Positions 33,240-43,786 of a stretch of DNA of 64,000 nucleotides are shown here, piece after piece; the first letter of the stretch is position 1, and each line of letters starts with the position of its first letter. The stretch comes from an uncultured beta proteobacterium (lineage in GTDB: Bacteria > Pseudomonadota > Gammaproteobacteria > Burkholderiales > Burkholderiaceae_D), in assembly GCA_963795885.1 (NCBI GenBank), contig CAWCJI010000006.1, positions 195,474 through 259,473 of the forward strand, read 5' to 3'. The position numbers were made by a program, and so were the translations under genes. The notes beneath the pieces were generated by a model. The model was not told where the DNA came from and did not search any database. It was given only the letters and a program-made list of their open reading frames with translations.

Positions 33240-33695
33240 TCACGCGCCAGGTTGCACCGCGGAGGCGGCCTCGCGGCGACGGATCGCGAGGCCGATCAGC
33301 AGCGGGACGACGCCGACGATCGTGCCGACCAGCGTCATCGACAGCGTGCCGACGAACCACCAGTGCGTCGCGACGGTCGGGTCGTCGTGGGTCGCGATGG
33401 CCTTCGCCGACTCGTACGACGCGATCGCGATGACGATGAACGGCACGAACAGCAACGCGTTCGCGAATCGCATGCGACCGGGCGGGAAGCGGCCGTAGAT
33501 CAGGAACGCATGGGCGCCGATCGCGCCGGACAACGCGATCGCGACCAGCAGCGCGTAGGCGAACGGGATCGCCGTCTCGTGCTTCACGTTCTGCATCTGC
33601 CAGACCCACTGGACGATGAAATACAGCAGGCCGATGAAGAACGCGCTCATCTCCTCGCCGGACCGAGCCTGGACCACTGGGTCGTCGCCACTCAT
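33240..33695 (-). CDS. Hypothetical membrane protein (about 4 TM)
   Basis: Four hydrophobic segments, host-like codon usage, GGAGA SD upstream. Confidence 0.65.
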   Translation of the reverse strand: MSGDDPVVQARSGEEMSAFFIGLLYFIVQWVWQMQNVKHETAIPFAYALLVAIALSGAIGAHAFLIYGRFPPGRMRFANALLFVPFIVIAIASYESAKAIATHDDPTVATHWWFVGTLSMTLVGTIVGVVPLLIGLAIRRREAASAVQPGA

Positions 33696-33780
33696 CGGAT
33701 TTTCTCCGTCGGTCGGGACGATCGTTTCGTTTCTCGATCCATCCGCGTTGGGTCGCCGACTCGAACAGCCCGCACGATCG

Positions 33781-34764
33781 TCATCCTTCCGCTCCGCGCG
33801 GCATCCGTCGCATCAGGTCCTGCAGCGCCGGGCGCGACGGCGCGAAGTACGTCCCGCCGGTCTGCGCCGTCGCGAAGTCCAGCAGCCGATCGTAGCTGCC
33901 GGGCGGCTCCCCGACGAACATCCGCTGCAGCATCTTCTCGATCACCCAGAGATGCCGGCTGTAGCCGATGAAATAGGTCCCGAACTCCTGGTGACCCGGA
34001 CGCCCGAACGGCATGTTGTCGCGCAGGATGTCGTGTTCGTCGCCGCGCTCGTCGACGATCGTGGCCAGCGACTTGTGCGACTTGCGCGGCGCATCGTCGT
34101 CGTCGATCTCGACATTGTCCGGCTTCGTGCGGCCGATGATCCGTTCCTGCGTCTCGGCCGGCAGCTTCGCCCACGCCGCGAGGTCGTGGAGGTATTTCTG
34201 CACGACGACGTAGCTGCCGCCGGCGAATGCGCGGTCCTCGTCGCCGACGAGCGCGGATGCCGGCAGGTCGACGCCGGTCGGGTTCGCGGTGCCGTCGACG
34301 AAGCCGAGGAGGTCGCGCGAATCGAAGTAGCGAAAGCCCGAGACCTCGTCGGCCACCGTCACGCTCGAGCCGAGCTTGTCCAGCAGCATCCGCTCGAGCT
34401 CGAAGCAGAAGTCGGGGCGATCCGAGCGGATGTGGAACAGCAGGTCGCCCTGCGTCGACGGTGCGGCATGGACCGGGCCCGCGATCGGCGCGAACGCCTT
34501 CAGCTCGCGCGGCTTCGTCCCGCCGTCGATCCGGTCCCAGAGGCCGCTGCCGAGGCCGACGATGCACGAGAGGCGGGCCGGCAGATCGCGGAAGCCGACG
34601 TTCTTGACGAGATCGTCGAGGCCCGCCAGGACCGAGCAGACGTTCGACAGCGCGTTCGCATCGGCCGAAACGATGACGACGAGGAACACGGCCGCGGTCG
34701 ACAGCGGCGCATCGATGCTCTGCGCGTCGATCGGAACGCGATCCCAGCTCTGCTCACCCGCCAT
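33781..34764 (-). CDS. Dyp-type heme peroxidase
   Basis: DLLFHIR, LGFVDGTANP (GxxDG), VQKYLHD, IIGRTK, KSH, ILRDNMPF. Confidence 0.93.
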   Translation of the reverse strand: MAGEQSWDRVPIDAQSIDAPLSTAAVFLVVIVSADANALSNVCSVLAGLDDLVKNVGFRDLPARLSCIVGLGSGLWDRIDGGTKPRELKAFAPIAGPVHAAPSTQGDLLFHIRSDRPDFCFELERMLLDKLGSSVTVADEVSGFRYFDSRDLLGFVDGTANPTGVDLPASALVGDEDRAFAGGSYVVVQKYLHDLAAWAKLPAETQERIIGRTKPDNVEIDDDDAPRKSHKSLATIVDERGDEHDILRDNMPFGRPGHQEFGTYFIGYSRHLWVIEKMLQRMFVGEPPGSYDRLLDFATAQTGGTYFAPSRPALQDLMRRMPRGAEG

Positions 34765-34921
34765 CGCGTGTCCTCCGTCGATCGAGCCGCTTCGAGCGGA
34801 CCACCGCTACGGTCCCGCCTCGACGCAACTCTATCGGACGGCGCGCCAAGCCACGCGTGAACACGGTCGATCGTCCGACGATCGTGAGGTCGACGATGCC
34901 GTCGGCATCGCGGCAAGACCA

Positions 34922-36105
34922 TCACTTGCCGATGCCGGAAGACCCCGGTCGCAGCGCTAGCAGTGCGACGAACGCGCTGATCCCGACCGCACCCGACAGC
35001 CAGAGTGCGCCGGCGCCCCACCGGCTCAAACAGAGGCCGAACAACCAGGGTGCGAGGGCCTGCGCCATGCGGGCGGGAACGGTCAGCACGCCCTGCCGGC
35101 GGCCATAGCCGGCTGTGCCGAAGATCACGAGGGGAAGCGTCCCCTTCGCGATCGTCAGGATGCCGTTGCCAGCGCCGTGCAGCACCCCGAACACCGGCGC
35201 GGCCGGCACGCCGAGCGTCAACAGCAGGACGGCGCCGATGGGGTGCATCAACGCTGCCAGTCGAGCGGACAGCAGCGGATGGATCTTCCGCAGAACGCTG
35301 AATTCCAGGATGCGAGCGGCGACCTGCGCCGGGCCGACCAGGGCCCCGACCAGCACGGCGGTAGCCAGGGTGGCGCCGCCGGCGATCAGCAGTCGAGGAA
35401 GGTGCGCCGCCATCGCGGTCGCGATGAACCAGGTCGCCGCGAACACGTAGGCCAACAGCCACGACGTGGAAGCTCCGGCTTGGTCGGGCCCATCACCGGA
35501 TGAACTGGCGACCTGTCGACTCGTCTCGTCGAAGACCGGCTTCGCCCGTGGCAGCGACAGGTTCAGCGGCAGCCCGACGACGAGATGCAAGCCCGCCCAC
35601 GCGAGACACGCGCCCCGCCAGCCGAAGCGGACCTCGAGCCATGTCGACAGCGGCCAGCCGATCGTGCTTGCGAAACCCGCGATCAACGTGACGCCGGTGA
35701 TCGGGCCGCGCGCGTCCTGACCGAAGAAGCGGACCAGCGCCGAGAAGGCCGCCTCGTACAAGCCGCTGCCCATGCCGATCCCGACGATGAGCCAGCCGAT
35801 GAACAAACCGGCGAGCCCGTGCACGGACGCCAGCACCGTGAGGCCCAGTGCGAAGACAACGTTCGTCGACATCAACACGGGGCGGCCGCCCCAGAGGTCG
35901 ATCGCGCGACCCGCATAAGGGCCGATCAGGGCCGACAGGACAAGAGCCGCCGAGAAGGCGGCGAAGACCGTCGGCGTCGAGACACCGAGGTCGCGCGCCA
36001 TCGGCGCCGCCAGGATCGCCGGCAGGTAATACGACGAGGCCCACGCCAACGTCTGAGTGACGCCGAGCGCCGTCACCGTGCCGGTCCGACGCTCGACGAT
36101 CACAC
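34922..36105 (-). CDS. MFS transporter of the ars operon (possibly ArsK-related; start uncertain)
   Basis: ALGVTQTLAWASSYYLPAIL, GRAIDLWGGR, LYEAAF, TLIAGFASTIGWP; about 12 TM. Confidence 0.85.
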
Positions 36106-36139
36106 GATGCGGCGCTGCATGCAGGTCGCCATGTCGGGG

Positions 36140-36333
36140 CACGAGTCGCAGAAGCGCGACCGAACCGTACGCCTCGATCCTGCAACGCCGACGCATCGCT
36201 TGCCGTCGAGTGCGAGCCGGTACGTCCGAAGATGGTCTCGTGCGCCGGCGATCGGTAACGCGTGCGCGGTCAGCACCGCCTCGATCGCCGTCCAGTCGGC
36301 GTCCACGGCCGGTCGAGTGACGACGTGACCCAT
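36140..36333 (-). pseudogene. Truncated ArsN2-like GNAT acetyltransferase
   Basis: MGHVVTRPAVDADWTAIEAVLTAHALPIAGARDHL...VGVAG, then in the next frame IEAYGSVALLR; the acetyl-CoA-binding half is missing. Confidence 0.7.
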
Positions 36334-36365
36334 CTCCCGGGCCGGGTCGTGGAAGGACCTGACGG

Positions 36366-37439
36366 TCACGATGCGAGTCCCGATTCGTACCAGCGTCGCG
36401 AGCGGTTGACGACGCCGACGACCGCGAGCATCACCGGCACTTCGATCAGTACGCCGACGACCGTCGCGAGCGCAGCGCCCGAGTGGAAGCCGAAGATGCC
36501 GATGGCAGCGGCGACTGCCAGCTCGAAGAAATTGCTGGCGCCGATCAGCGCCGATGGGCAGGCGACGCTGTGCGTCTCGCCGACGCGCCGGTTCAGCCAG
36601 TACGCGAGCCCGGCGTTGCAGACCACCTGGATCAGGATCGGCACCGCCAGCATCGCGATCACGAGCGGCTGCTCGATGATCGCCTGTCCCTGGAAGGCGA
36701 ACAGCAGGACGAGCGTCGCGAGCAGCGCGCCGATCGACCAGGGGCCCGTCCGCTTCATCGCCGCGTCGAACGACGCCTGTCCGTCGCGCAGCAGGAGCCG
36801 ACGGAGGACCTGCGCCAGGACGACCGGCACGACGATGTAGAGCACGACCGACGTCAGCAGCGTGTCCCATGGCACCGTGATCGACGAGATGCCGAGCAGC
36901 AGACCGACCAGCGGCGCGAACGCGAAGATCATGATCACGTCGTTGAGCGCGATCTGCGACAGCGTGAAGTACGGGTCTCCGTCGGTCAGCTTGCTCCAGA
37001 CGAACACCATCGCCGTGCAAGGGGCCGCTGCCAACAGGATCAGCCCCGCGACGTAGCTGTCGAGTTGAGCCGCCGGCAGGTACGGCGCGAAGACGTGGCG
37101 GATGAACAGCCAACCGAGCAGCGCCATCGAGAACGGCTTGACGGCCCAGTTGACGAAGAGCGTCACGCCGATGCCGCGCCAGTGCCGGCGGACCATCCCG
37201 AGCGCGCCGAAGTCGATCTTGACCAGCATCGGGATGATCATCACCCAGATCAGCACGCCGACCGGCAGGTTGACGTGCGCGACCTCCAGGCGGCCGATCG
37301 CCCGCGAGGCGCCGGGAAGCAACTGCCCGAAGCCGATCCCCACCACGATGCAAAGGGCGACCCAGACCGTCAGATACCGCTCGAAGAAGCCTATCGCCGG
37401 AGCCGGTCGCGCCACGAGTCCGGCTGAGACGGCGCTCAT
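36366..37439 (-). CDS. acr3: ACR3 family arsenite efflux transporter
   Basis: [49 protein letters not shown]. Confidence 0.95.
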   Translation of the reverse strand: MSAVSAGLVARPAPAIGFFERYLTVWVALCIVVGIGFGQLLPGASRAIGRLEVAHVNLPVGVLIWVMIIPMLVKIDFGALGMVRRHWRGIGVTLFVNWAVKPFSMALLGWLFIRHVFAPYLPAAQLDSYVAGLILLAAAPCTAMVFVWSKLTDGDPYFTLSQIALNDVIMIFAFAPLVGLLLGISSITVPWDTLLTSVVLYIVVPVVLAQVLRRLLLRDGQASFDAAMKRTGPWSIGALLATLVLLFAFQGQAIIEQPLVIAMLAVPILIQVVCNAGLAYWLNRRVGETHSVACPSALIGASNFFELAVAAAIGIFGFHSGAALATVVGVLIEVPVMLAVVGVVNRSRRWYESGLAS

Positions 37440-37945
37440 TCGCTGACGACCTGCTTCTGCCCGATCGCATCCAGTTCGCGCCTGATCGCTTGTCGATCGA
37501 GGATGGCGAGCGGCAGCGCCACGAAGGTGCTGACCCGACCGCGGATCTGTCGGAAGATCTTGACGAAAGCGCGACGCTTGACTTCGTCCGTGCCGTCCAC
37601 GGCGGCCGGATCCTCGAAGCCCCAGTGAGCCGTCATCGGGTGGCCCGGCCAGACCGGGCAGACCTCGCCGGCGGCGTTATCGCAGACGGTGATGATGAAG
37701 TCCATGACCGGCGCGTCCGGCGCGGCGAACTCGTCCCAGCTCTTGCTGCGCAGGAACTCGGTCGGATAGCCGGTGGCGGCGACCTGTTCGATCGCGAACG
37801 GATTCACGGTGCCGCCGGGGTGGCTGCCCGCGCTGTAGGCCTTGAAGCGCCCGGCACCCAGCGTATCGATCAGCGCCTCGGCCATGATGCTGCGGGCCGA
37901 GTTGCCGGTGCACAGCACCAGGACGTTGAAGACGCGATCGGTCAT
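37436..37945 (-). CDS. arsC: Arsenate reductase (LMW-PTP fold)
   Basis: [43 protein letters not shown]. Confidence 0.95.
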   Translation of the reverse strand: MTDRVFNVLVLCTGNSARSIMAEALIDTLGAGRFKAYSAGSHPGGTVNPFAIEQVAATGYPTEFLRSKSWDEFAAPDAPVMDFIITVCDNAAGEVCPVWPGHPMTAHWGFEDPAAVDGTDEVKRRAFVKIFRQIRGRVSTFVALPLAILDRQAIRRELDAIGQKQVVSE

Positions 37946-38436
37946 GCCGAGGCCGCGCAGCAGGACGCGGCTTCGACGACGGCAACGTCGATCGGCCGCC
38001 CGGAGCCGGCCTTCGGTGCGCAGCACGCAGCATGCGCATCGCCGGTCGCGACCGACGTCGCCTCGCTGAAGACGGGAATGTCGCCGAGCGTATGGAAATG
38101 TTCCCATGCGATGCCCTGCGGATCGGTGACCCAGTGTTTCTCGCTGCGGGCGTAGCAGCAGGTCGTCTGGCCTTCGTCCAGGAGCGACAGGTCCGCCGCC
38201 TTCGCTCGCGCCTTCAGCTCGGCCAGCTCCTCCCAGTCGTCGGTCTGGATGCCGAGGTGGTCGACGCCGACTGCGCCACCGCGCGTCGAAATGGCGAAGT
38301 TGATGCGGGGGTCGTCGAGCATCCACTTGGCGTACCCGTCCTCGATGCGCACTGGTTCGGTCGCGAACATCCTCGAATAGAACGCGATGCTGGTCGGCAG
38401 GTCGTCGACGTGTGCATGGACATGGAAACGCTTCAT
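37942..38436 (-). CDS. ArsI/CadI family metalloenzyme (C-As lyase-like)
   Basis: [36 protein letters not shown]; Cys-Cys-rich tail. Confidence 0.92.
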   Translation of the reverse strand: MKRFHVHAHVDDLPTSIAFYSRMFATEPVRIEDGYAKWMLDDPRINFAISTRGGAVGVDHLGIQTDDWEELAELKARAKAADLSLLDEGQTTCCYARSEKHWVTDPQGIAWEHFHTLGDIPVFSEATSVATGDAHAACCAPKAGSGRPIDVAVVEAASCCAASA

Positions 38437-38462
38437 GACGGGCTCCTCGGCGGAAAGGGGGT

Positions 38463-38789
38463 TCAACAGGCGCAGGCCGCGGACTCGGCCGGGACCGCGC
38501 AGGTCTCGCCCGCGCAGCAGTGATCGGTGAGGTAGGCGAGCAGCCCGCTCATCTGGTCATAGGCCGCCCGGTAGATCAGGTTCCGGCCATGCTGCTCGCA
38601 GGTCACGAGACCCGCGTGCAGCAGTTCCTTCAGGTGGAAGGACAGTGCATTGCGCGCGACGTCGAGGCCGTCGGCCATGACGGACGGCGTCAATCCGCTA
38701 GCGCCCGCGACGACGAGAGCGCGGAACACGCGGAGACGCTGCGCATGGGCCAGCGCCGCGAGGGACGTGACGACGTCGGTCTCGTTCAT
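38463..38789 (-). CDS. arsR: ArsR family repressor with C-terminal Cys-Cys site
   Basis: [36 protein letters not shown]. Confidence 0.93.
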   Translation of the reverse strand: MNETDVVTSLAALAHAQRLRVFRALVVAGASGLTPSVMADGLDVARNALSFHLKELLHAGLVTCEQHGRNLIYRAAYDQMSGLLAYLTDHCCAGETCAVPAESAACAC

Positions 38790-38792
38790 GAA

Positions 38793-38822
38793 GCAACGAT
38801 ACAACGAATGTTGAATCGTTGC
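38793..38822. promoter_or_regulatory. ArsR operator palindrome
   Basis: GCAACGAT-A-CAAC-gaat-GTTG-A-ATCGTTGC immediately upstream of the arsR ATG. Confidence 0.8.
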
Positions 38823-38969
38823 AACCTTTGTTGTCTATCGCGTCTTGCCGAGAGTGATCCGGACCTACGTGATTCGCGACGAAGAGGAGGAACGTCATCC
38901 CCTCGAGCAGCGTGCCGCGATGACAGAGAATCCAGTCCCGCGCTTCCGCGGGACGTCAGGGACGTGAAC

Positions 38970-40399
38970 TCATTTTCCGATGCAGAACCGCCCGAAGATC
39001 TCCCCGAGCAGGTCGTCGGCCGTGAACGCGCCGGTGATGCGGTCGAGCGCGTGTTGCGCGAGTCGCAGTTCTTCGGCGAAGAGGTCGAGCGCGCGGTCGC
39101 CCTGCATCCGCGTGCGTGGCCGCGAGGTCGAGATGACGCCCCGCGTCGCGCAGCGCGACGACGTGGCGCTCGCGGGCCGAGAAGCCGGTCTCGCCGCTCG
39201 GTTGCCAGCCCGCGATCGCGAGCAGCTCGCGACGCAAGCCGTCGATGCCGGCGCCGGTCTTCGCGGAAACGCAGATACGGTCGCCATCGACCGACGGCGA
39301 CGTCCCGGTCAGGTCGATCTTGTTGACGACGGTGCGTCGTGCCGCATGCGCCGGTAGGCGGCCGGCGATCGCGTCGTCCTCGTCGTTCACGGACGCGGCC
39401 TCGACACCGGCCTCCACGACGTGCAGCACGACCTGCGCATGCGCGATCGCGTCCCAGGTCCGCTCGATGCCGATCCGCTCGACCGCATCGATGTCGACAT
39501 CCTCGAGCGCGCGGATGCCGGCCGTGTCGATCACGTGCAGCGCGATGCCGTCGACGCGGATCGTCTGTTCGATGCGGTCGCGCGTCGTGCCGGCGATCGG
39601 CGTGACGATCGCGACGTCGGCGCCCGCGAGCGCGTTCAGCAGGCTCGACTTGCCGACGTTCGGGCGGCCGATCAGCACGACCGTCAATCCTTCGCGCAGC
39701 AACGCACCCTGCTTCGCGCGCGTCGGTCAGGTCCGCGAGCGACGCGCGGATCGACGCCAGCCGGCCGCGCGCGTCGGAGCTCTCGAGGAAGTCGATCTCC
39801 TCGTCGGGGAAGTCGAGCGTCGCCTCGACCAGCGCACGCAACTCGATCGTCGCGTCGACGAGCGCATGGACCGCGGTGGAGAACGCGCCCGACAGCGACG
39901 CCTGCGCGCCGAGCACGGCCGCCTCGCTCGACGCCTCGATCAGGTCGGCGACGGCCTCGGCCTGTGCGAGGTCGAGCTTGTCGTTGAGGAACGCGCGCTC
40001 GGTGAACTCGCCGGGCTCGGCCAGGCGCAATCGCGCATCGTCGTCGGTCGCGAGACCGTTCGCGACCGCGAGGCAACGCTCGACGACCATCTGCAGCACG
40101 ACCGGACCGCCGTGCAGCTGCAGCTCGACGACGTCCTCGCCGGTGTACGAATGCGGCGCCGCGAACAGCAGCGCGATGCCGCGGTCGATCGCCGCGCCGT
40201 CGGCCGCATGGACGCCGACCAGCGTCGCATGACGCGGTGCGAGCGCGAAGTCGTCGGGCTTCGCGCACAGCGTCGCGACGAACGCCGCGACGATCGGCTT
40301 GCCGGTCCAGCGACCGAACGACAACCGCACGACGCCGATGCCGCCGCGACCCGCCGGCGTCGCGATCGCGAGGATCGGATCGTCGCGATGCAGGCTCAT
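38970..40399 (-). CDS. mnmE: tRNA modification GTPase MnmE, two frameshifts (~39720, ~39110)
   Basis: [50 protein letters not shown]. Confidence 0.95.
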
Positions 40400-40447
40400 G
40401 GCGGACGCGAGCGCACCGCGGTCGTCATCACGCGTTCGTCGTCGCCC

Positions 40448-42178
40448 TCAGGCGGGCTTCGCCGTCGGCTTGCGCCCGCCCATCATCCGCGTGATCTGCC
40501 ACTGCTGCAGGATCGACAACAGGTTGTTGACGACCCAGTACAGCACGAGGCCGGCCGGGAAGAAGAAGAACGTGAAGCCGAACACGAGCGGCATGATCAG
40601 CATCATCTTCGCCTGCGTCGGGTCGGGCGGCGCCGGGTTCAGTTTGTACTGGATGAACATCGACGCCATCATGATCAGCGGCAGGATGAAGAACGGGTCC
40701 GGCGCCGCCAGGTCGTGCACCCAGCCGAGCCACGGCGCGCCGCGCATCTCGACCGACGCCGACAGCGTCGAATAGAGCGCGATGAAGAACGGGATCTGCA
40801 CGAGGATCGGCAGGCAGCCGCCCATCGGGTTCACCTTCTCGGCGCGATACAGCTCCATCGTCGCCTGGTTGAGCTTGGCGCGATCGTCCTTGTGCCGCTC
40901 CTGCAGCTCCTTCATCCGCGGCGAAAGGTTCTTCATCCGCGCCATCGACTTGTAGCTCGCGGCCGACAGCGGGAAGAACACGGCCTTGATCAGGATCGTC
41001 AGCAGGATGATCGACCAGCCCCAGTTGCCGACGTACGAGTGGATGAACTCGAGCACCGCGAACATCGGCTTCGCGAGGATCGTCGTCCAGCCGTAGTCGC
41101 GCACGAGGTCCATGCCGGGCGCGACCTTCTCGAGCGTGCGCTCGTCGGTCGGTCCGATGAAGAGCCGCGCATCGGCCGTCTTCGTCGCGCCGGCCGCGAT
41201 CGTGCCGAGCGGCTCGCGCGCGCCGACGCGGAACAGGTTCGCATCGAGCCGGTCGGTGTAGTAGTCGCGCGGGCCGTTCGACGGGATCCACGCCGAGACG
41301 AAGTAGTGCTGCAGCATCGCGACCCAGCCGTCGTCGGCATGCGCGACGTGCTTATCGGGCCCCTTGCCCTTCTCGATGTCCGAGAAGCTGACCTTCTGGA
41401 AGCGCTCGGCGTCGCTGTAGACCGCGGGGCCGAAGTAGGTGCTGTAGAAGCGCGACGTGCCGGCCGGCGCCTTGTCGTCGCGCACCAGCTGCAGGTAGAG
41501 CTGCGGCGAGACGGCGTCGGTGCCCGCGTTCGTGACCGCATGACGCACGTCGATGACGTAGCTGCCGCGATGGAACGTGAACGTCTTCGTCAGGCGGACG
41601 CCGCCCGACTCCGCCTCGAACGAGACGTCGAGGACGTCCTGTCCGTCAGCGAGCGTCCGCGGTCCGGGCAGCGCGCGGAACAGCATCCGGTGGTTCGGCA
41701 GCGCCGCGCCCGTCGTGGAGGCGACGAGGCCGCTCTGCGCCACGTAGTAGTAGCCGGGCGTGTCGTCGAGCAGCACGAAGTTGCGCTTCGGATCGTCGGC
41801 GTCGCGGTACTTCACGAGCTCGACGCGGTCGAGCGTCGCGCCGAGCGTGTTGACGTCGACCGCGTAGAGGTCGGTCGTGATCGCGATCCGCTCGCCCTTG
41901 GCCGACGCGATCGCGCTCGGCACGCTGGTCGCGCCGCCGTTGGTCGCGGTCGCCGCCCCGGCGCCCGACGGCACCGAGGCCGGCGCGGTCCCGGCGACCG
42001 GCACGTCGTCGCTCGCGCCGTGCGGCGCGCTGCCGGTCGCGGTCGGCGATCCGGTCTGCTGCGACACGGCCTGCGGCCCGAACATCGTCGGGCGCCCGTT
42101 GGCTCGCTGCCAGTTCTCGTACAGCATGAACAGCGAGACCGAGAAGATGATCCAGAGAATGATGCGACGCGTTTCCAT
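40448..42178 (-). CDS. yidC: Membrane protein insertase YidC
   Basis: DYGW, GNWGWSII, NPMGGCLP, PAGLVLYW. Confidence 0.96.
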   Translation of the reverse strand: METRRIILWIIFSVSLFMLYENWQRANGRPTMFGPQAVSQQTGSPTATGSAPHGASDDVPVAGTAPASVPSGAGAATATNGGATSVPSAIASAKGERIAITTDLYAVDVNTLGATLDRVELVKYRDADDPKRNFVLLDDTPGYYYVAQSGLVASTTGAALPNHRMLFRALPGPRTLADGQDVLDVSFEAESGGVRLTKTFTFHRGSYVIDVRHAVTNAGTDAVSPQLYLQLVRDDKAPAGTSRFYSTYFGPAVYSDAERFQKVSFSDIEKGKGPDKHVAHADDGWVAMLQHYFVSAWIPSNGPRDYYTDRLDANLFRVGAREPLGTIAAGATKTADARLFIGPTDERTLEKVAPGMDLVRDYGWTTILAKPMFAVLEFIHSYVGNWGWSIILLTILIKAVFFPLSAASYKSMARMKNLSPRMKELQERHKDDRAKLNQATMELYRAEKVNPMGGCLPILVQIPFFIALYSTLSASVEMRGAPWLGWVHDLAAPDPFFILPLIMMASMFIQYKLNPAPPDPTQAKMMLIMPLVFGFTFFFFPAGLVLYWVVNNLLSILQQWQITRMMGGRKPTAKPA

Positions 42179-42243
42179 CGAAGCGATCGTTGAACGTTGG
42201 GTTCCGCGCGCCGTGCGGCGCCGCGGTCAGGCGGAAAGGAAGG

Positions 42244-42504
42244 TCAGCGCCGCTCGCGGCCGGCCGCGGGCACCGGATCATGCCCGCCGGCATGCCACGG
42301 ATGGCAACGCGCGACTCGCGCGATCGCGAGCCTCGAGCCGACGATCGCGCCGTGCGTGCGGATCGCCTCGGCCGCATACGCCGAGCAGCTCGGCGCGAAA
42401 CGGCAACGCGCCGGCAGCCACGGGCTGACGACGAGCCGGTAGATCGCGAGGGCGCCGAGCAGCACGTGTGCCGGTGCCTGCGTCCAGCGAGCCGCGCGCG
42501 TCAC
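42244..42504 (-). CDS. yidD: Membrane protein insertion efficiency factor YidD
   Basis: SPWLPARCRFAPSCSAYA, RCHPWHAGGHDPVP; GTG overlaps the rnpA stop. Confidence 0.9.
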   Translation of the reverse strand: MTRAARWTQAPAHVLLGALAIYRLVVSPWLPARCRFAPSCSAYAAEAIRTHGAIVGSRLAIARVARCHPWHAGGHDPVPAAGRERR

Positions 42505-42975
42505 GCCGGCATCCGGGCGCCGAACGCGCCGCCGCGGCGTAGCCGCTCGACGAGCGACGCGAGCGATGCCTGCGGGTCGAAGCGGCGACGCGCCCGGACC
42601 TTCGCCGGCGTCGCGGCAAGCTCGGCCTTCGGCGCGAGCGGCGCCTGCATCCGCACGACGAGGTCCGCGCTGCCGAACTCGCGGGCCCACGCATCGCGGC
42701 CGGTGCGGAACGCGGCACGCCAGCGACGCTTGATCGTGTTGCGCGCGACGGCCGACGCTTCGTAGCGCTTCGGGATCACGAGTCCGAGCCGCCAGACCGG
42801 CGTCGCCACGTCGGCGTCACCGACCGGATCGGCCGCGGGATGCCGGAACAGATGGAGCGCGAAGGCGCCGCTGCGTAGCACCGGGCGGCATGCGAGGCAA
42901 CGATCGAACGCGGCCGCGCCGTCCAGCGCGAACGCGGTACCCCGTCGGGCGACGACAGCGGCCGCCGAAGCCGCG
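42501..42975 (-). CDS. rnpA: Ribonuclease P protein component (divergent; start unresolved)
   Basis: RLGLVIPKR...AVARNTIKRRWRAAFR (RNR-like motif), DLVVR; synteny between rpmH and yidD. Confidence 0.85.
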
Positions 42976-43110
42976 TCAGACCGCGAGGCGATGACGGCCC
43001 TTGGCGCGGCGCGCGCGGATCACGGCACGGCCGCCGCGCGTCTTCATGCGGACGAGGAAGCCGTGGGTTCTCTTGCGGCGAACGACGGAGGGTTGGTAGG
43101 TGCGTTTCAT
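42976..43110 (-). CDS. rpmH: 50S ribosomal protein L34 (absent from ORF track)
   Basis: Manual translation [44 protein letters not shown]. Confidence 0.98.
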   Translation of the reverse strand: MKRTYQPSVVRRKRTHGFLVRMKTRGGRAVIRARRAKGRHRLAV

Positions 43111-43141
43111 GATCGGGTGGCCGCTCGGCTAAAAACCTGAA

Positions 43142-43171
43142 ATTAAATACAAAAACCATGCGGTTTGTCAA
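43142..43171 (-). promoter_or_regulatory. Sigma70 promoter of rpmH
   Basis: TTGACA (43171-43166)-N18-TTTAAT (43147-43142) in an AT-rich patch. Confidence 0.7.
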
Positions 43172-43237
43172 ATGCGGTGACGCCCGGGCGCCCTCGGAAG
43201 GACCGTGCCCGGGCGTGGCGAAATGCCGACCTCGGAC

Positions 43238-43277
43238 TGTGGATAACTTTGCGTTACGCGACCGCTTCGCATAAAAT
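43238..43277 (+). promoter_or_regulatory. Perfect DnaA box abutting the dnaA promoter
   Basis: TGTGGATAA (43238-43246, reverse complement of TTATCCACA) followed by TTGCGT-N17-TAAAAT (43249-43277). Confidence 0.8.
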
Positions 43278-43786
43278 TGCGCGCTCGGCGGACCGGTTTT
43301 CGACGCACCGCGATCGGGGCGGCAAGCGCCGCTTCGACGGGGTCGGTGGGACCGGAACGGCGATCAGGCAGTCGGTCCGCCGCGCGCGTCGCGAAGCAGG
43401 CTCACGAAGCTGCATCGCTGAAGCCGCGACACGGATCGGAACATCCAGCGAGACCGAAGCCACGCCCGACTCGACACCAAGAATAGTCCGCCTCGGCGAC
43501 GACCGCGATCCTGCGAATCGCGGCGTCCGAACCGGCTCCAGCCGGCGACGCGGACCACGAACGAGCGGGACGATCAGAGCCGAGGAGCGGAGCGAGCACG
43601 GGAACGACGGCGACGCGCTCGCCGCGGCTCCTCGTGCGTCGGTCGGTGCCCTCGTCTTGCGGTTCGAGCAGTGAAGGCAGGTCCCCGAGGTGTCCGCCGA
43701 CGTGCGGCGCCAGGACCGGGCGTCGGATCGAACTCCGGCATCCGGCTTCGACGAAGTGAACGACGACCGGAGCGCACACGCCGCAC

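Larger units (their letters stand above)
34922..38987 (-). mobile_element. Integrase-less arsenic-resistance genomic island remnant at the mnmE 3' end
   Basis: Imperfect 18-bp direct repeats: TTCTGCATCGGAAAATGA (38987-38970, mnmE end) and TCCGGCATCGGCAAGTGA (34939-34922); 14/18 identical; codon usage inside differs from flanks. Confidence 0.65.

Noticed and set aside
38830-38969. Possible integrase remnant or arm-type sites beside the mnmE end (GGGACGT repeated; GTCCCGCG/CGCGGGAC hairpin at 38935-38954)
   Set aside because: Too short to distinguish from a simple terminator hairpin; no recognisable integrase peptide.
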